From positions 1 through 64,000 of the IMG/VR virus record IMGVR_UViG_2850126897_000005: a stretch of DNA of 64,000 nt. One strand, written 5' to 3'. A model generated the notes under the pieces. That model was not told the DNA's origin. It did no database searches and saw nothing but the letters and a program-made list of their open reading frames with translations. This DNA comes from a virus (Duplodnaviria > Caudoviricetes). The position numbers and the translations under genes are program-made. Position 1 is the stretch's first letter. Every line of letters starts with the position of its first letter. Of this stretch, positions 27,817 to 37,309 are shown piece by piece.

Positions 27817-28533
27817 ATGCAGAATAACTCAAAAAAAATAATTATAGATAGTTTTATTTCGTTTATAGAAAACATAGAAAGATTAAGCAAAAGTAAAAAT
27901 CTGGTTTTATTTAGAGGGCAGTCAGTAAAAGGAAATTTACTGCCGGGCATATGTAGAAAAAATCCTGAGATAAATACTACAAACATTGAAAAAAATAAGT
28001 TAGATGAATTAAGACGAATGGGGAGTTCTTTTTTTATTGATTCTAATATGAATGATTGGGATTTGTTAGTTCTAGCTCAACATTTTGGAATGAAGACTAG
28101 GTTACTTGATTGGTCAAGTAATCCTTTAGTTGCATTATGGTTTGCTTGCGACGGTGATTCTGTAAAGGATAGATATGTTTATGCTTTAGTGCCTGAAAAA
28201 TATTCAACGGATAAAAAAGGTCCATTTGAGCTCGGTGCTACACAAGTATTTAAACCTAATCTAAATAACCCTAGAATAATAGCACAGCAAGGATGGTTTA
28301 CTTGTCATAGATATTCTAGAAAAAATAAAAAATTTATTCCCCTTGAAAAAAATATTGATATAAAAAATCAAGTAATCGAAATGAAAATAAAATCAGAATG
28401 TCTTATGGATATACAAATTTCATTAAATAGGTGTGGGATTAATAGTCGCTCTATATATCCAGATATGGAGGGGTTATGTAAATATTTAAATAGGGATGAA
28501 TTTAATTTTGAGGTAAACGGTGATGATATTTAA
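27817..28533 (+). CDS. FRG-domain cargo protein
   Basis: LFRGQ; AQHFGMKTRLLDWS.NPLVALWFA; RIIAQQG.F. Confidence 0.9.
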   Translation: MQNNSKKIIIDSFISFIENIERLSKSKNLVLFRGQSVKGNLLPGICRKNPEINTTNIEKNKLDELRRMGSSFFIDSNMNDWDLLVLAQHFGMKTRLLDWSSNPLVALWFACDGDSVKDRYVYALVPEKYSTDKKGPFELGATQVFKPNLNNPRIIAQQGWFTCHRYSRKNKKFIPLEKNIDIKNQVIEMKIKSECLMDIQISLNRCGINSRSIYPDMEGLCKYLNRDEFNFEVNGDDI

Positions 28534-28649
28534 CATAAGGTATGAACTAACACTTTAAATGTCATCATATGTACATGGGAGGTATATCTTTTATAAAGAT
28601 ATACCTATGTTTATATTTCATTATTAATCTTCAATACCAAGTGATAGCT

Positions 28650-30047
28650 ATGAATATCGATTTCAGCTTGTTTGATGAAGAGATCGAAAGGGAGATAGCG
28701 CGCCGCAGTTTGCATGAATTCATTCAGTATATAAACCCTGAATACATTACAAGCCATTTCTCTCAAACAGTGTGTGATGCGCTCGACCAGTTCTTGGTTG
28801 ATATGATGGACGGGAAGCGCCCTAAGTTAATATTAGGGGCACCGCCACAGCACGGTAAATCTGATATTGTTTCCCGTTATCTTCCCGCTTACTTCTTTGG
28901 AAAATACCCTAACATGCGTGTTGGGGCGCTGTCGTATTCGTCTGATTTAGCCGGTGATATGAACACCGATGTTCAGCGAATTATGATGTCGGCTGAATAT
29001 CGTGTGTTATTTCCTAAGAGCTGGTTAGGTAACAAGCCCGAGAATGGCATCGCTGTTAAACGTAACTCTGATGAGTTCGGCATTGCCAATCACAAAGGCA
29101 GCTATGTATGTGCGGGTGTTGGTGGACCATTAACGGGTAAGAAAGTTGACCTCGGGATTATTGATGACCCGATAAAGAACTCGAAAGAAGCACTTAGCCC
29201 AACGGTTAAAAAGTCGATTTGGAACTGGTACGTTTCGACCTTTAAGACTCGCTTATCAAAAAACAGCGGTGAAATCATCATGGCCACTCGTTGGGCGACC
29301 GATGATTTATCTGGCCAATTAAAAGAAAAAGCCCCTGAAACCAAGGTACTTGCATTCCCTGCCATTAATGAGCAAGGGGAAGCGTTGGTACCTGAACTTC
29401 ACCCTATCGATAAGCTGTTGGAAACCAAAGCAATACTGGGTGATTATTTCTGGTCTGCGATGTATCAACAGTCACCGAAGCCGGGCGACGGTCAAATCTT
29501 CCACGAAGAGTTTGTACGCTATTACTTACCTAAAGACCTACCTGATAAATTCGACAAGGTTATTCATAGTTGGGATATGACCTTTAAAGACAGCGACGGT
29601 ACCGACTATGTAGTGGGGCAGGTTTGGGGCAAGAAAGATGCCAATGCCTATTTGCTCTATCAAATCCGAAAACGCATGAGCTTCACCCAAACTAAGGATG
29701 CGGTGAAGCTGCTAGCGGAAAAATTCCCTGAAGGTCGGCGTAAGCTGGTGGAAGACAAAGCCAATGGCCCTGCAGTTATCGACTCTCTTAAATCATCGGT
29801 ATCAGGACTAATCCCCGTTGAGCCTGACGGCAGTAAAATCGCACGTGCTCATGCCTGCACCGCTGAGTGGGAGGCTGGCAATGTGTGGTTACCGCACAAA
29901 GACATTGCACCGTGGATAGTGGAAACCGTGGAGGAAATTACCACGTTCCCGTTCGCTGGCCATGACGATACGGTGGATGCGATGACGCAGGCGCTGCGTG
30001 ATTTATACCAGAAGAAAAAAGGCGGTTTCTTCACAACCAAGAGGTAA
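28650..30047 (+). CDS. Terminase large subunit
   Basis: PPQHGKS Walker A; IIDDP; C-terminal HDDTVDA. Confidence 0.92.
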   Translation: MNIDFSLFDEEIEREIARRSLHEFIQYINPEYITSHFSQTVCDALDQFLVDMMDGKRPKLILGAPPQHGKSDIVSRYLPAYFFGKYPNMRVGALSYSSDLAGDMNTDVQRIMMSAEYRVLFPKSWLGNKPENGIAVKRNSDEFGIANHKGSYVCAGVGGPLTGKKVDLGIIDDPIKNSKEALSPTVKKSIWNWYVSTFKTRLSKNSGEIIMATRWATDDLSGQLKEKAPETKVLAFPAINEQGEALVPELHPIDKLLETKAILGDYFWSAMYQQSPKPGDGQIFHEEFVRYYLPKDLPDKFDKVIHSWDMTFKDSDGTDYVVGQVWGKKDANAYLLYQIRKRMSFTQTKDAVKLLAEKFPEGRRKLVEDKANGPAVIDSLKSSVSGLIPVEPDGSKIARAHACTAEWEAGNVWLPHKDIAPWIVETVEEITTFPFAGHDDTVDAMTQALRDLYQKKKGGFFTTKR

Positions 30048-30051
30048 TTCT

Positions 30052-31554
30052 ATGTGGCCGTTTAAAAGGCGAAAAATTGCAGAGCAGATTGCACCGCTGA
30101 AGCGGTCAGCGTTTACCACAGATTTGTACCCTGCATTAGCAAAAGAGAATGGATTTAACGGGTTAGTTCTACCACCGCCGATGATTAACGGTGTGGGGAT
30201 GGACAGTATTGATACTTCTGTTCCTTCATTCAAAGGCGAGCAAGTTTATGGTGTGCCTGAATCGCAAGCGGCTTGGTATGCCTCGCAAATGTTTATTGGC
30301 AACAATATGTGCGCCATCATTGCGAAACATTGGCTAGTGGATAAGGCCTGTAATATGCCTGCTCGTGATGCCATTCGCCAAGGGTATGATATTGATTGCG
30401 ATAATGACGATGACAGCGCTATCAGCAAGAAGCTACGCAAGCGCGATAAAAAGTACCGCATACAGCATCATTTGAAAGAGCTTATTCACTTTGGGCGTGT
30501 GTATGGCGGCCGATTAGCACTGTTTGTTGTAGAGACATCAAACCCGAAAGAATGGTACGAAAACCCGTTTAACCTCGATGGCGTGACTAAAGGGATGTAC
30601 AAGGGGATCAAGCAAATTGACCCACAATGGGTGACGCCTGATTTAACTGATTCCAATATCCAAGACCCTGCCAGCATGGATTTTTACGACCCAACCTATT
30701 ATGTGATCGCGGGTCGCAAATACCATAAATCGCACTTTATTAAGTTTGTCCCGTTCCCCGTGCCTAACGTGCTGAAGCCGCTGTATAACTATTTCGGCGT
30801 ATCCGTGCCAGAGCGTATTTATGAGCGTGTCTATGCTTCAGAACGGACAGCCAATGAAGCGCCACAACTGGCGATGACCAAACGGTTATTAACTATCGGT
30901 ATGGCTGACCCTGAAGGTGCAGATAAGAACACCATTCAGGAAAACATGCTTTATTTTATGGAGATGCGCGATAACTATGGCGTGCAGGTAATGGGGAAAG
31001 AGGACGTTGCACAGCAGTTCGACACCTCGTTAGCGGATTTAGACGCCACCATTATGACGCAATACCAGTTAGTCGCAGCGGCGGCAAACGTGCCTGCAAC
31101 TAAGTTACTCGGTACCACGCCAAAGGGCTTTAATGCGACGGGTGAGTATGAAGAGTCGAACTACCGTGAAGAGCTAGAAAGCGTCCAATCAAACGACTTA
31201 GAAGAACTTTTGCAGCGTCATTACGACATGTTGATGCGTAGCGAAGAACTACCACTGACTGAAATATCGGTCACGTGGGCGCCACTCGATAGCCCAACGG
31301 CGGCCGAGAGCGCTGATATTGAGTTGAAATCTGCTCAGACGGATGCGGCTCTAGCGGCTACGGGCGCAATTGATGGGTTGGATATCCGTAAAAAACTGGC
31401 GGCTGATAAAGAGTCGAGCTATTACGGCATTGATGTGAACGAGAGTGACTATGTCGAGACGAATGCGAGTCCGAACGAAAAAGGCGAAGTGGGCAACCTC
31501 CCGCCAAGCAGTATTGAAGGGCAAACCTCTGCAGTATTCAGCAGCGCCATCTAG
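30052..31554 (+). CDS. Portal protein (DUF1073)
   Basis: Follows terL; GR.YGG and P.TKLLG..PKG.NATGE motifs. Confidence 0.85.
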   Translation: MWPFKRRKIAEQIAPLKRSAFTTDLYPALAKENGFNGLVLPPPMINGVGMDSIDTSVPSFKGEQVYGVPESQAAWYASQMFIGNNMCAIIAKHWLVDKACNMPARDAIRQGYDIDCDNDDDSAISKKLRKRDKKYRIQHHLKELIHFGRVYGGRLALFVVETSNPKEWYENPFNLDGVTKGMYKGIKQIDPQWVTPDLTDSNIQDPASMDFYDPTYYVIAGRKYHKSHFIKFVPFPVPNVLKPLYNYFGVSVPERIYERVYASERTANEAPQLAMTKRLLTIGMADPEGADKNTIQENMLYFMEMRDNYGVQVMGKEDVAQQFDTSLADLDATIMTQYQLVAAAANVPATKLLGTTPKGFNATGEYEESNYREELESVQSNDLEELLQRHYDMLMRSEELPLTEISVTWAPLDSPTAAESADIELKSAQTDAALAATGAIDGLDIRKKLAADKESSYYGIDVNESDYVETNASPNEKGEVGNLPPSSIEGQTSAVFSSAI

Positions 31555-32320
31555 CCGTTATCAACGTGACATGTCACGGTTAATCAGCTCAATGATTAAA
31601 GACTATGAAAACGTATTTAGTGAACTGAGTGATGATTTTGACGGTGCCACGATGGATGCCAGCATTGCGAGTCAAACGCGAATTTGGCTCAACCGGTTAA
31701 AACGCAAGTGGGATAAAATCTTTAGTACGCAATCGAGCACCATGGCTGATAAGTTTGTTTCCCAAGTCGATATCGGTGCGCAGCGTAATTTAGATGATTC
31801 CCTTAAACAGCTTTCCGGTGGTATCACAATTAAAACTCCTGTCATGCCGGACGCGTTAAAAGACCGAATGATAGCCGCCATGGCTGAAAATGTTTCCCTG
31901 ATTAAATCCATTCCTAGCCAATTTCATCAACGTATCGAAAGTGCCGCCTTGCGTTCTATCTCACAAGGAGGCGAGGGTGCGAAAACCTTATTAGATGAAA
32001 TCAGGCACACTGGCAGCGTCACAGAAAGCCGAGCGAATTTTATCGCCGTTGACCAAACGCGAAAAATTACGACTGCAGCAAACTATGAACGCATGAAATC
32101 AGCGGGAATTCGTAAGGCTATTTGGCATCACTCCGGTGGAAGCGCCGAGCTGAGAGAGTGGCATCTACAGTTAGACGGTGAAGTATTTGATTTAGATAAC
32201 CCGCCAATTATTGACCCCAAAACGGGCGAGCGTGGATTGCCGGGTCAATTACCTAACTGCAAATGCTTTTGGACGCCTGTTATCGATTTTAGTGGGGAAG
32301 AAAGTGGCGAGGAGACATGA
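31445..32320 (+). CDS. Head morphogenesis protein (Mu F/SPP1 gp7-like)
   Basis: IAVDQTRK; PGQLPNCKC. Confidence 0.8.
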   Translation: MTMSRRMRVRTKKAKWATSRQAVLKGKPLQYSAAPSSRYQRDMSRLISSMIKDYENVFSELSDDFDGATMDASIASQTRIWLNRLKRKWDKIFSTQSSTMADKFVSQVDIGAQRNLDDSLKQLSGGITIKTPVMPDALKDRMIAAMAENVSLIKSIPSQFHQRIESAALRSISQGGEGAKTLLDEIRHTGSVTESRANFIAVDQTRKITTAANYERMKSAGIRKAIWHHSGGSAELREWHLQLDGEVFDLDNPPIIDPKTGERGLPGQLPNCKCFWTPVIDFSGEESGEET

Positions 32321-33573
32321 CAAAACGAACCTATGACAACAACGGCTGGCTCGAAGTGACAGATAACCCCATCTCTAAAGTTGGGGTTTTTGATTATTTG
32401 GGGGCAGAAATTGGTGCGCCAGTACCCGATAAAATCTATCGCGTATTGCGGCCACCGGAAGAACTGGCCAGCGAAGCGACAATTAACTCTTTCAAACTCA
32501 CCCCGTTCATCATTGAACATGAAATGTTAGGCAAGCACGCGACCCCAGCGGAGAAAAAAGGCATTCAAGGGGTGATTGGTGAGAATGTCTATTTTGACCC
32601 TCCGTATCTTAGAGCCAATATCAAGATCTTTTCAGATGTGGCGCTTAGCAATATCGATAGCGGCAAAATCGACCTTTCACCCGGTTATCGCAGTAAATAT
32701 GAATTCACCTCTGGCATTTATGAAGGCCAACACTATGACGCAATCCAGCGTCACTTACGTGGCAATCACCTCGCATTAGTGGACGAAGGGCGAACTGGCC
32801 CTGACGTCGCTGTGCAAGATCACCTCGTTATCACTATCGACACAAAGGAACTTATTCGCATGAACGAAGAAGAAAACAAAGAGAAGCAAACTACCGATGA
32901 AGGTGCGTTTACAGCGGAGCAAGTCACTGCGCTGAAAAGCATTATTGCAGAGGTGATTGCACAAACTAAGCCTTCAACCGATGAAAATCCGGAAGAAGAA
33001 AAGAAATCCACTGATGCTGATCCCGAAGAAGAACAAAAAGCGGAAGAAGCCGTGACAGCTGCCGAAGTTGCAGCGGAAGAAGCAACAACGGGTACACCTG
33101 AAGCGGTAGAAGCTGCCGAAGTTGCGATTGAGACTGCCGTTGAAGCTATCGAAGAAGCCAAAGAGCATCTCGACCAAGCGACCACGGATAGCTTAAACCG
33201 TCGACTCAAACGCCTAAAAAACGGCATCGGCACAATGGATGAGATTGCATCTTTAAAGCGCAAAATTAAGCGTTTGGAAGCGTCAAAACCCACCATGGAC
33301 ACTGGAGTGCTGTTAAAGCAAATCGGCGAACGCGATTCATTAGCTCATAAGCTGACCCCATTCCTTGGCGTATTTGACCATGCAGCCATGACCAAGCAAC
33401 AAGTGGCGGAGTATGGCGTTGATAAGCTGGGTATCCAGTGTGGTAAGGGCAATGAAGCCATTGCGCTAGATGCGTGGATGCAAGGGCGTGTGCCAGATTC
33501 ACAGAAAGCCACAGTGACGATGGATTCCGCGGTAAATAACCAATCAATTTTAGACAAATGGAGTGCGAAATAA
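32317..33573 (+). CDS. Prohead protease/scaffold (DUF2213)
   Basis: LSPGY, GNHLALVDEGR, acidic scaffold region. Confidence 0.8.
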   Translation: MTKRTYDNNGWLEVTDNPISKVGVFDYLGAEIGAPVPDKIYRVLRPPEELASEATINSFKLTPFIIEHEMLGKHATPAEKKGIQGVIGENVYFDPPYLRANIKIFSDVALSNIDSGKIDLSPGYRSKYEFTSGIYEGQHYDAIQRHLRGNHLALVDEGRTGPDVAVQDHLVITIDTKELIRMNEEENKEKQTTDEGAFTAEQVTALKSIIAEVIAQTKPSTDENPEEEKKSTDADPEEEQKAEEAVTAAEVAAEEATTGTPEAVEAAEVAIETAVEAIEEAKEHLDQATTDSLNRRLKRLKNGIGTMDEIASLKRKIKRLEASKPTMDTGVLLKQIGERDSLAHKLTPFLGVFDHAAMTKQQVAEYGVDKLGIQCGKGNEAIALDAWMQGRVPDSQKATVTMDSAVNNQSILDKWSAK

Positions 33574-34070
33574 TGGCAATTCCTAAATCAGTGGCGCATG
33601 GCTTAACGTCTGGCGTAGTGGGTGAAATCAGCCATGCAGGGCCTATTCGTGCTGTTGCCGCCATTCTCAGCTCAGCAGATGAAAAGCAAAATATCTTCGG
33701 TCGGGCTTACACCTACAAAGATGATTCGGTGGAGTCTGTGCAAGTGGGCGGTAAAGGGGCGTTCGCGGGGATCATGATTAGCCCGAAAGCGTATCGTGTT
33801 GAAGTGGGTTATGCGCGTAACGGTACGCAGGGTGAGTTTTTGGCAATGGGCGAGGTGTACGTCGAACTTAAGGAAGGGGTAGGTAAGATCAATGCGCCAG
33901 TTGTCTTTGATGAAACTGACGGTTCTTTATCTTCTAAATCCGTACCTGCAGCTGGCGATCGCGTGATTGGTTTTGTCAGTCGTCACGTTGAATCCAGCGA
34001 ATCAGCCCATTTGAGCGTTATTCGCTTAACGGAAATCCCATACCCAGCGGCAGTAAAGGAAGGTGAATAA
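33573..34070 (+). CDS. Capsid decoration/cement protein
   Basis: Position before capsid gene; FGRA..Y motif. Confidence 0.65.
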   Translation: MAIPKSVAHGLTSGVVGEISHAGPIRAVAAILSSADEKQNIFGRAYTYKDDSVESVQVGGKGAFAGIMISPKAYRVEVGYARNGTQGEFLAMGEVYVELKEGVGKINAPVVFDETDGSLSSKSVPAAGDRVIGFVSRHVESSESAHLSVIRLTEIPYPAAVKEGE

Positions 34071-35137
34071 TGCCAGTTAGCAAGCAAAAGTTTTATATGT
34101 CTGGCCGCGATATTCGCAAGCATGGTCAACTTAATATCCAACCTAACCAACAGTGGACGTATCGCGAACTTGAGCAAATTGGTTTTGGTGGCTTGGCGTC
34201 GATGGACTCCGCGATTAGCGGTGCGGCAATGCAAGGGGGGTTAATTCAGCGTGAAATGTTGCAACATGTTCTCCCTGGTCTGATTCGTACTGCAACCCGT
34301 GTTCGTGTGTTGGATGAAATCACCGGTGTATTGAATGCGGGTGAATGGCACGATGAGGAAATCATTCTGAACGTGGCAACACCAACCGGTAAAGCCGAGC
34401 TCTACGGCGACCATACCAACGTGCCGTTAGCATCATACATTCAAGACCAAGAACGCCGCGGTATCGTGCGTTTTGAACAAGGTTTTCAAGTCGGTAAGTT
34501 AGAGGAAGCGCGCCAGTCTGCAGCTGGGTTTGAAGCCGCCGCAGAAAAGCGTAACTCAGCGACAGAATCCTTAGAACAAGGGCGTGAGCGGATTGGTTAC
34601 TATGGGTTTAATAGCCCTGAAACCCGTGTATTTGGCTTGATGAATGAACCGAATCTACCCGCTTATGAAACCGCATCGAAAAAATGGAAGGGCGGCACGT
34701 TTGCCGATATCACCCAAGATATTACCGATATGTTCTCGCGCATTGAAATGAGTTCAGGCGGGATTATCAAAGACGATATCGCGATCACGTTGACGTTACC
34801 GCTGGGCTATCGTTCAACGCTCAATGTCGCTAACCCTGTGGCGCGTGGTGAAACGGTGTATCAATGGGTGAAAGAAAACTATCCAAACCTGCGCTTTGTG
34901 TTCTCACCTGAATTTGTCGGGGCGAATGGTGGTGCGGATGTGGCGTATATGTTCGCAGATACCATCGATGATGGCTCAACTGCAACCAGCGCGACTATCT
35001 TACAAGTGGTACCCGTTAAGTACCAATTATTGGGTTCACAAGCACAAATCAAAGGGTATTTAGAGGATGCGACCAACGCGACAGCGGGTGTCTTTGTCAC
35101 GCGCCCTTGGGCTATCACCCGCCTAACTGGCATTTAA
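34070..35137 (+). CDS. Major capsid protein (DUF2184-like)
   Basis: Size, position, G.YG..S...FGL.N.PNL motif; terminator at ~35158-35180. Confidence 0.8.
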   Translation: MPVSKQKFYMSGRDIRKHGQLNIQPNQQWTYRELEQIGFGGLASMDSAISGAAMQGGLIQREMLQHVLPGLIRTATRVRVLDEITGVLNAGEWHDEEIILNVATPTGKAELYGDHTNVPLASYIQDQERRGIVRFEQGFQVGKLEEARQSAAGFEAAAEKRNSATESLEQGRERIGYYGFNSPETRVFGLMNEPNLPAYETASKKWKGGTFADITQDITDMFSRIEMSSGGIIKDDIAITLTLPLGYRSTLNVANPVARGETVYQWVKENYPNLRFVFSPEFVGANGGADVAYMFADTIDDGSTATSATILQVVPVKYQLLGSQAQIKGYLEDATNATAGVFVTRPWAITRLTGI

Positions 35138-35193
35138 CCTGACCACTTCCTTTTTTACGCCCTCAAATGAGGGCTTTTTTATTGGAGAAAACC

Positions 35194-35535
35194 ATGTCTC
35201 TCTATGTCTATTGCACGTTATCCAACGATCAAAACTACTCGGTCACGGATGGCAAAGTGTTTATTGCAGGTCAAGCCAATATCATGACCAAGCATATGTA
35301 TACCCCGCGTGGGCGCGTTACGGAAATCAGTGATGAGCAATACGCCCAGCTTAAAGATAACCACGTTTTTCAGTTACACAAAGAAAACGGGTTTATTAGC
35401 GTTGAAAACCGCAAAGAAGATCCTGAAAAAGTGGCTACCAATATGGAGGCTAGCGATAAGTCAGCGCCAGATACCGTGGAATCTTTGGAAGCAGAAAAAC
35501 AGGAAGTCCCTAAAACCAACAAAAAGGGTAAATAA
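35194..35535 (+). CDS. Virion-associated hypothetical protein
   Basis: GGAG RBS; conserved position after capsid. Confidence 0.6.
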   Translation: MSLYVYCTLSNDQNYSVTDGKVFIAGQANIMTKHMYTPRGRVTEISDEQYAQLKDNHVFQLHKENGFISVENRKEDPEKVATNMEASDKSAPDTVESLEAEKQEVPKTNKKGK

Positions 35536-35969
35536 TGATGGAGGCGAGCACATTTCCCCTAACGTCATTTCGTGTGCTCTATCCATCGTTTAATGGTGTG
35601 AGTGATGATGACATTTATATTATTGCTCAATCTGCCCTGAACTATTTTTCGCATTGTCGCGGCGTTTGCACTAACGAACTATGGATGTTGGTTGTTGCTC
35701 ATATGCTATCACTGCGAAAGTGGATTGCGGATGATGAATCCCCAACCGGTGTTGTGACTAGTGTGACCATCGATAAAGTCAGCGTGTCATTCTCTGCGCC
35801 CCCTGCGGGGTCTGATTGGTCACACTGGTTCAAAATGACCACCTATGGCCAACAGTTCTTAGCACTGATAAAACGCTGTAGTGTGCCGCAATACATCGGT
35901 GGAGCTGGTGAACGCTCGGCATTTCGCGGTGTGGGTGGGCGATTTACGCGCGGGGGTCGATTACGTTAA
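35535..35969 (+). CDS. Head-tail adaptor (DUF4054)
   Basis: FR..YP.F, VAH.L, T.YGQ.FL motifs. Confidence 0.75.
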   Translation: MMEASTFPLTSFRVLYPSFNGVSDDDIYIIAQSALNYFSHCRGVCTNELWMLVVAHMLSLRKWIADDESPTGVVTSVTIDKVSVSFSAPPAGSDWSHWFKMTTYGQQFLALIKRCSVPQYIGGAGERSAFRGVGGRFTRGGRLR

Positions 35970-36427
35970 TGACCAAATTAGCGCAGTTAAAAGCGGTTTA
36001 CGATGAGTTAGCCAAGAAACAACTGAAAGTGGGTTTCTTTGAACACTCGAAGTATCCCGATGGTACGCCCATTGCCTATATTGCGGCTATTCAAGAATTG
36101 GGTTACCCCGCCGGTGGCATTCCTCCCCGTTCGTTTTTTCGCCCGACGATGAGTGATAAAAAAGCAGAGTATGGTCAGTTAATTTTCCGTGTGGTCAAAG
36201 CGGCGGCCGCTGGCAATATTTCCGTTACCGATGGGCTAATCCAAGTAGGCGCAAAAGCGGCTGGGGATGTGAAACTGGCCATTAAAGCGGTAACCACACC
36301 TGCCTTGGATGATTCAACGATAAAAGCCAGAGCGCGGCGCCATAGCAAAGGGAAATCCACCGATAAGCCCTTAGTCGACACAGGGCAGATGTTACAAGCC
36401 GTCAGTTTTACCGTGGAGGATAAGTAA
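35969..36427 (+). CDS. Neck/virion morphogenesis protein
   Basis: IPPRSFFRPT; KPLVDTGQML. Confidence 0.7.
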   Translation: MTKLAQLKAVYDELAKKQLKVGFFEHSKYPDGTPIAYIAAIQELGYPAGGIPPRSFFRPTMSDKKAEYGQLIFRVVKAAAAGNISVTDGLIQVGAKAAGDVKLAIKAVTTPALDDSTIKARARRHSKGKSTDKPLVDTGQMLQAVSFTVEDK

Positions 36428-36795
36428 TGTTCGGAAATTTACACCGTATCGCTTCTCGATATATTCCTCAGCAAACAGCCCAGTGGTTTCGCTTTAAAAA
36501 CCGTGAGCCCGATGAGCGAGGGCATGACCAAAACCAATATCATGAGCCAGTGGATATTCGGGGGAGTTGGCAAGCCGTCGATACCCAAGATGCACAATCA
36601 ATGGGCTTTGATTCAAACACGGTTTATCGGCGTTTTTATACCTCCCATGATATCAAAGGCATTCAGCGCGGTACGTCCCCCGATTACCTTGTTTTTAATG
36701 GCAAGAAATATGATGTGATGGGGGATGCGGATTGGTATGAGCAGGACGGCTGGAAATCGGTGATTTGCATTGAGGTAGGGGCCTATGACGGATAA
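36427..36795 (+). CDS. Head-tail connector protein
   Basis: Position; GSWQAV and D.L.F.G..Y.V motifs. Confidence 0.6.
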   Translation: MFGNLHRIASRYIPQQTAQWFRFKNREPDERGHDQNQYHEPVDIRGSWQAVDTQDAQSMGFDSNTVYRRFYTSHDIKGIQRGTSPDYLVFNGKKYDVMGDADWYEQDGWKSVICIEVGAYDG

Positions 36796-37300
36796 TGACG
36801 TTGATATTGCCATTCGCAAGCAGTTATTACGGCAGCTGGCCGAAGTCGGTATTGATATCCCTGTGAAAGCGGGTTTTCAATCCACTAAACAAGGCCGTGA
36901 AGATAATATGGTGATGTTCTTTTCCATCAATGAAAGTGGGCATGGTTGGCAAGGTCGCAATTACAATGTCCAAGGCAACAATGCCAATCACCAAGAAACC
37001 CAATTATCGGAGAAAACGTACCAAGTTCAGGCATTCATTACCCAATTAGGCCCATATACAGCTAATGATATTACCGCCATTGCTCGAATGGTTGTCAATT
37101 CACTGCCTTTTGTGACCACACTGAGAAAGCAAGGTATTGGTGTACAACGGGCAACATCCGTTCGCCAGCCTTACTTTGTGAATGATCATGGCGACTACGA
37201 ACAAAACCCCTCGTTTGATTTTAATGTGACGTTTAAACGCTCTCTTTTCCCTGATACAGCTGCCATAAGCGCGCTCTATCCTGATATCCACCGCATATAA
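36785..37300 (+). CDS. Tail completion/terminator protein
   Basis: Position before sheath. Confidence 0.6.
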   Translation: MTDNDVDIAIRKQLLRQLAEVGIDIPVKAGFQSTKQGREDNMVMFFSINESGHGWQGRNYNVQGNNANHQETQLSEKTYQVQAFITQLGPYTANDITAIARMVVNSLPFVTTLRKQGIGVQRATSVRQPYFVNDHGDYEQNPSFDFNVTFKRSLFPDTAAISALYPDIHRI

Positions 37301-37309
37301 GGTTTTACT

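Noticed and set aside
30052-31554. Anti-CBASS Acb1 call sometimes attached to DUF1073 proteins
   Set aside because: It sits directly after terL at portal size, and I see no paired HxT/S 2H-phosphoesterase domain, so portal is the simpler call.
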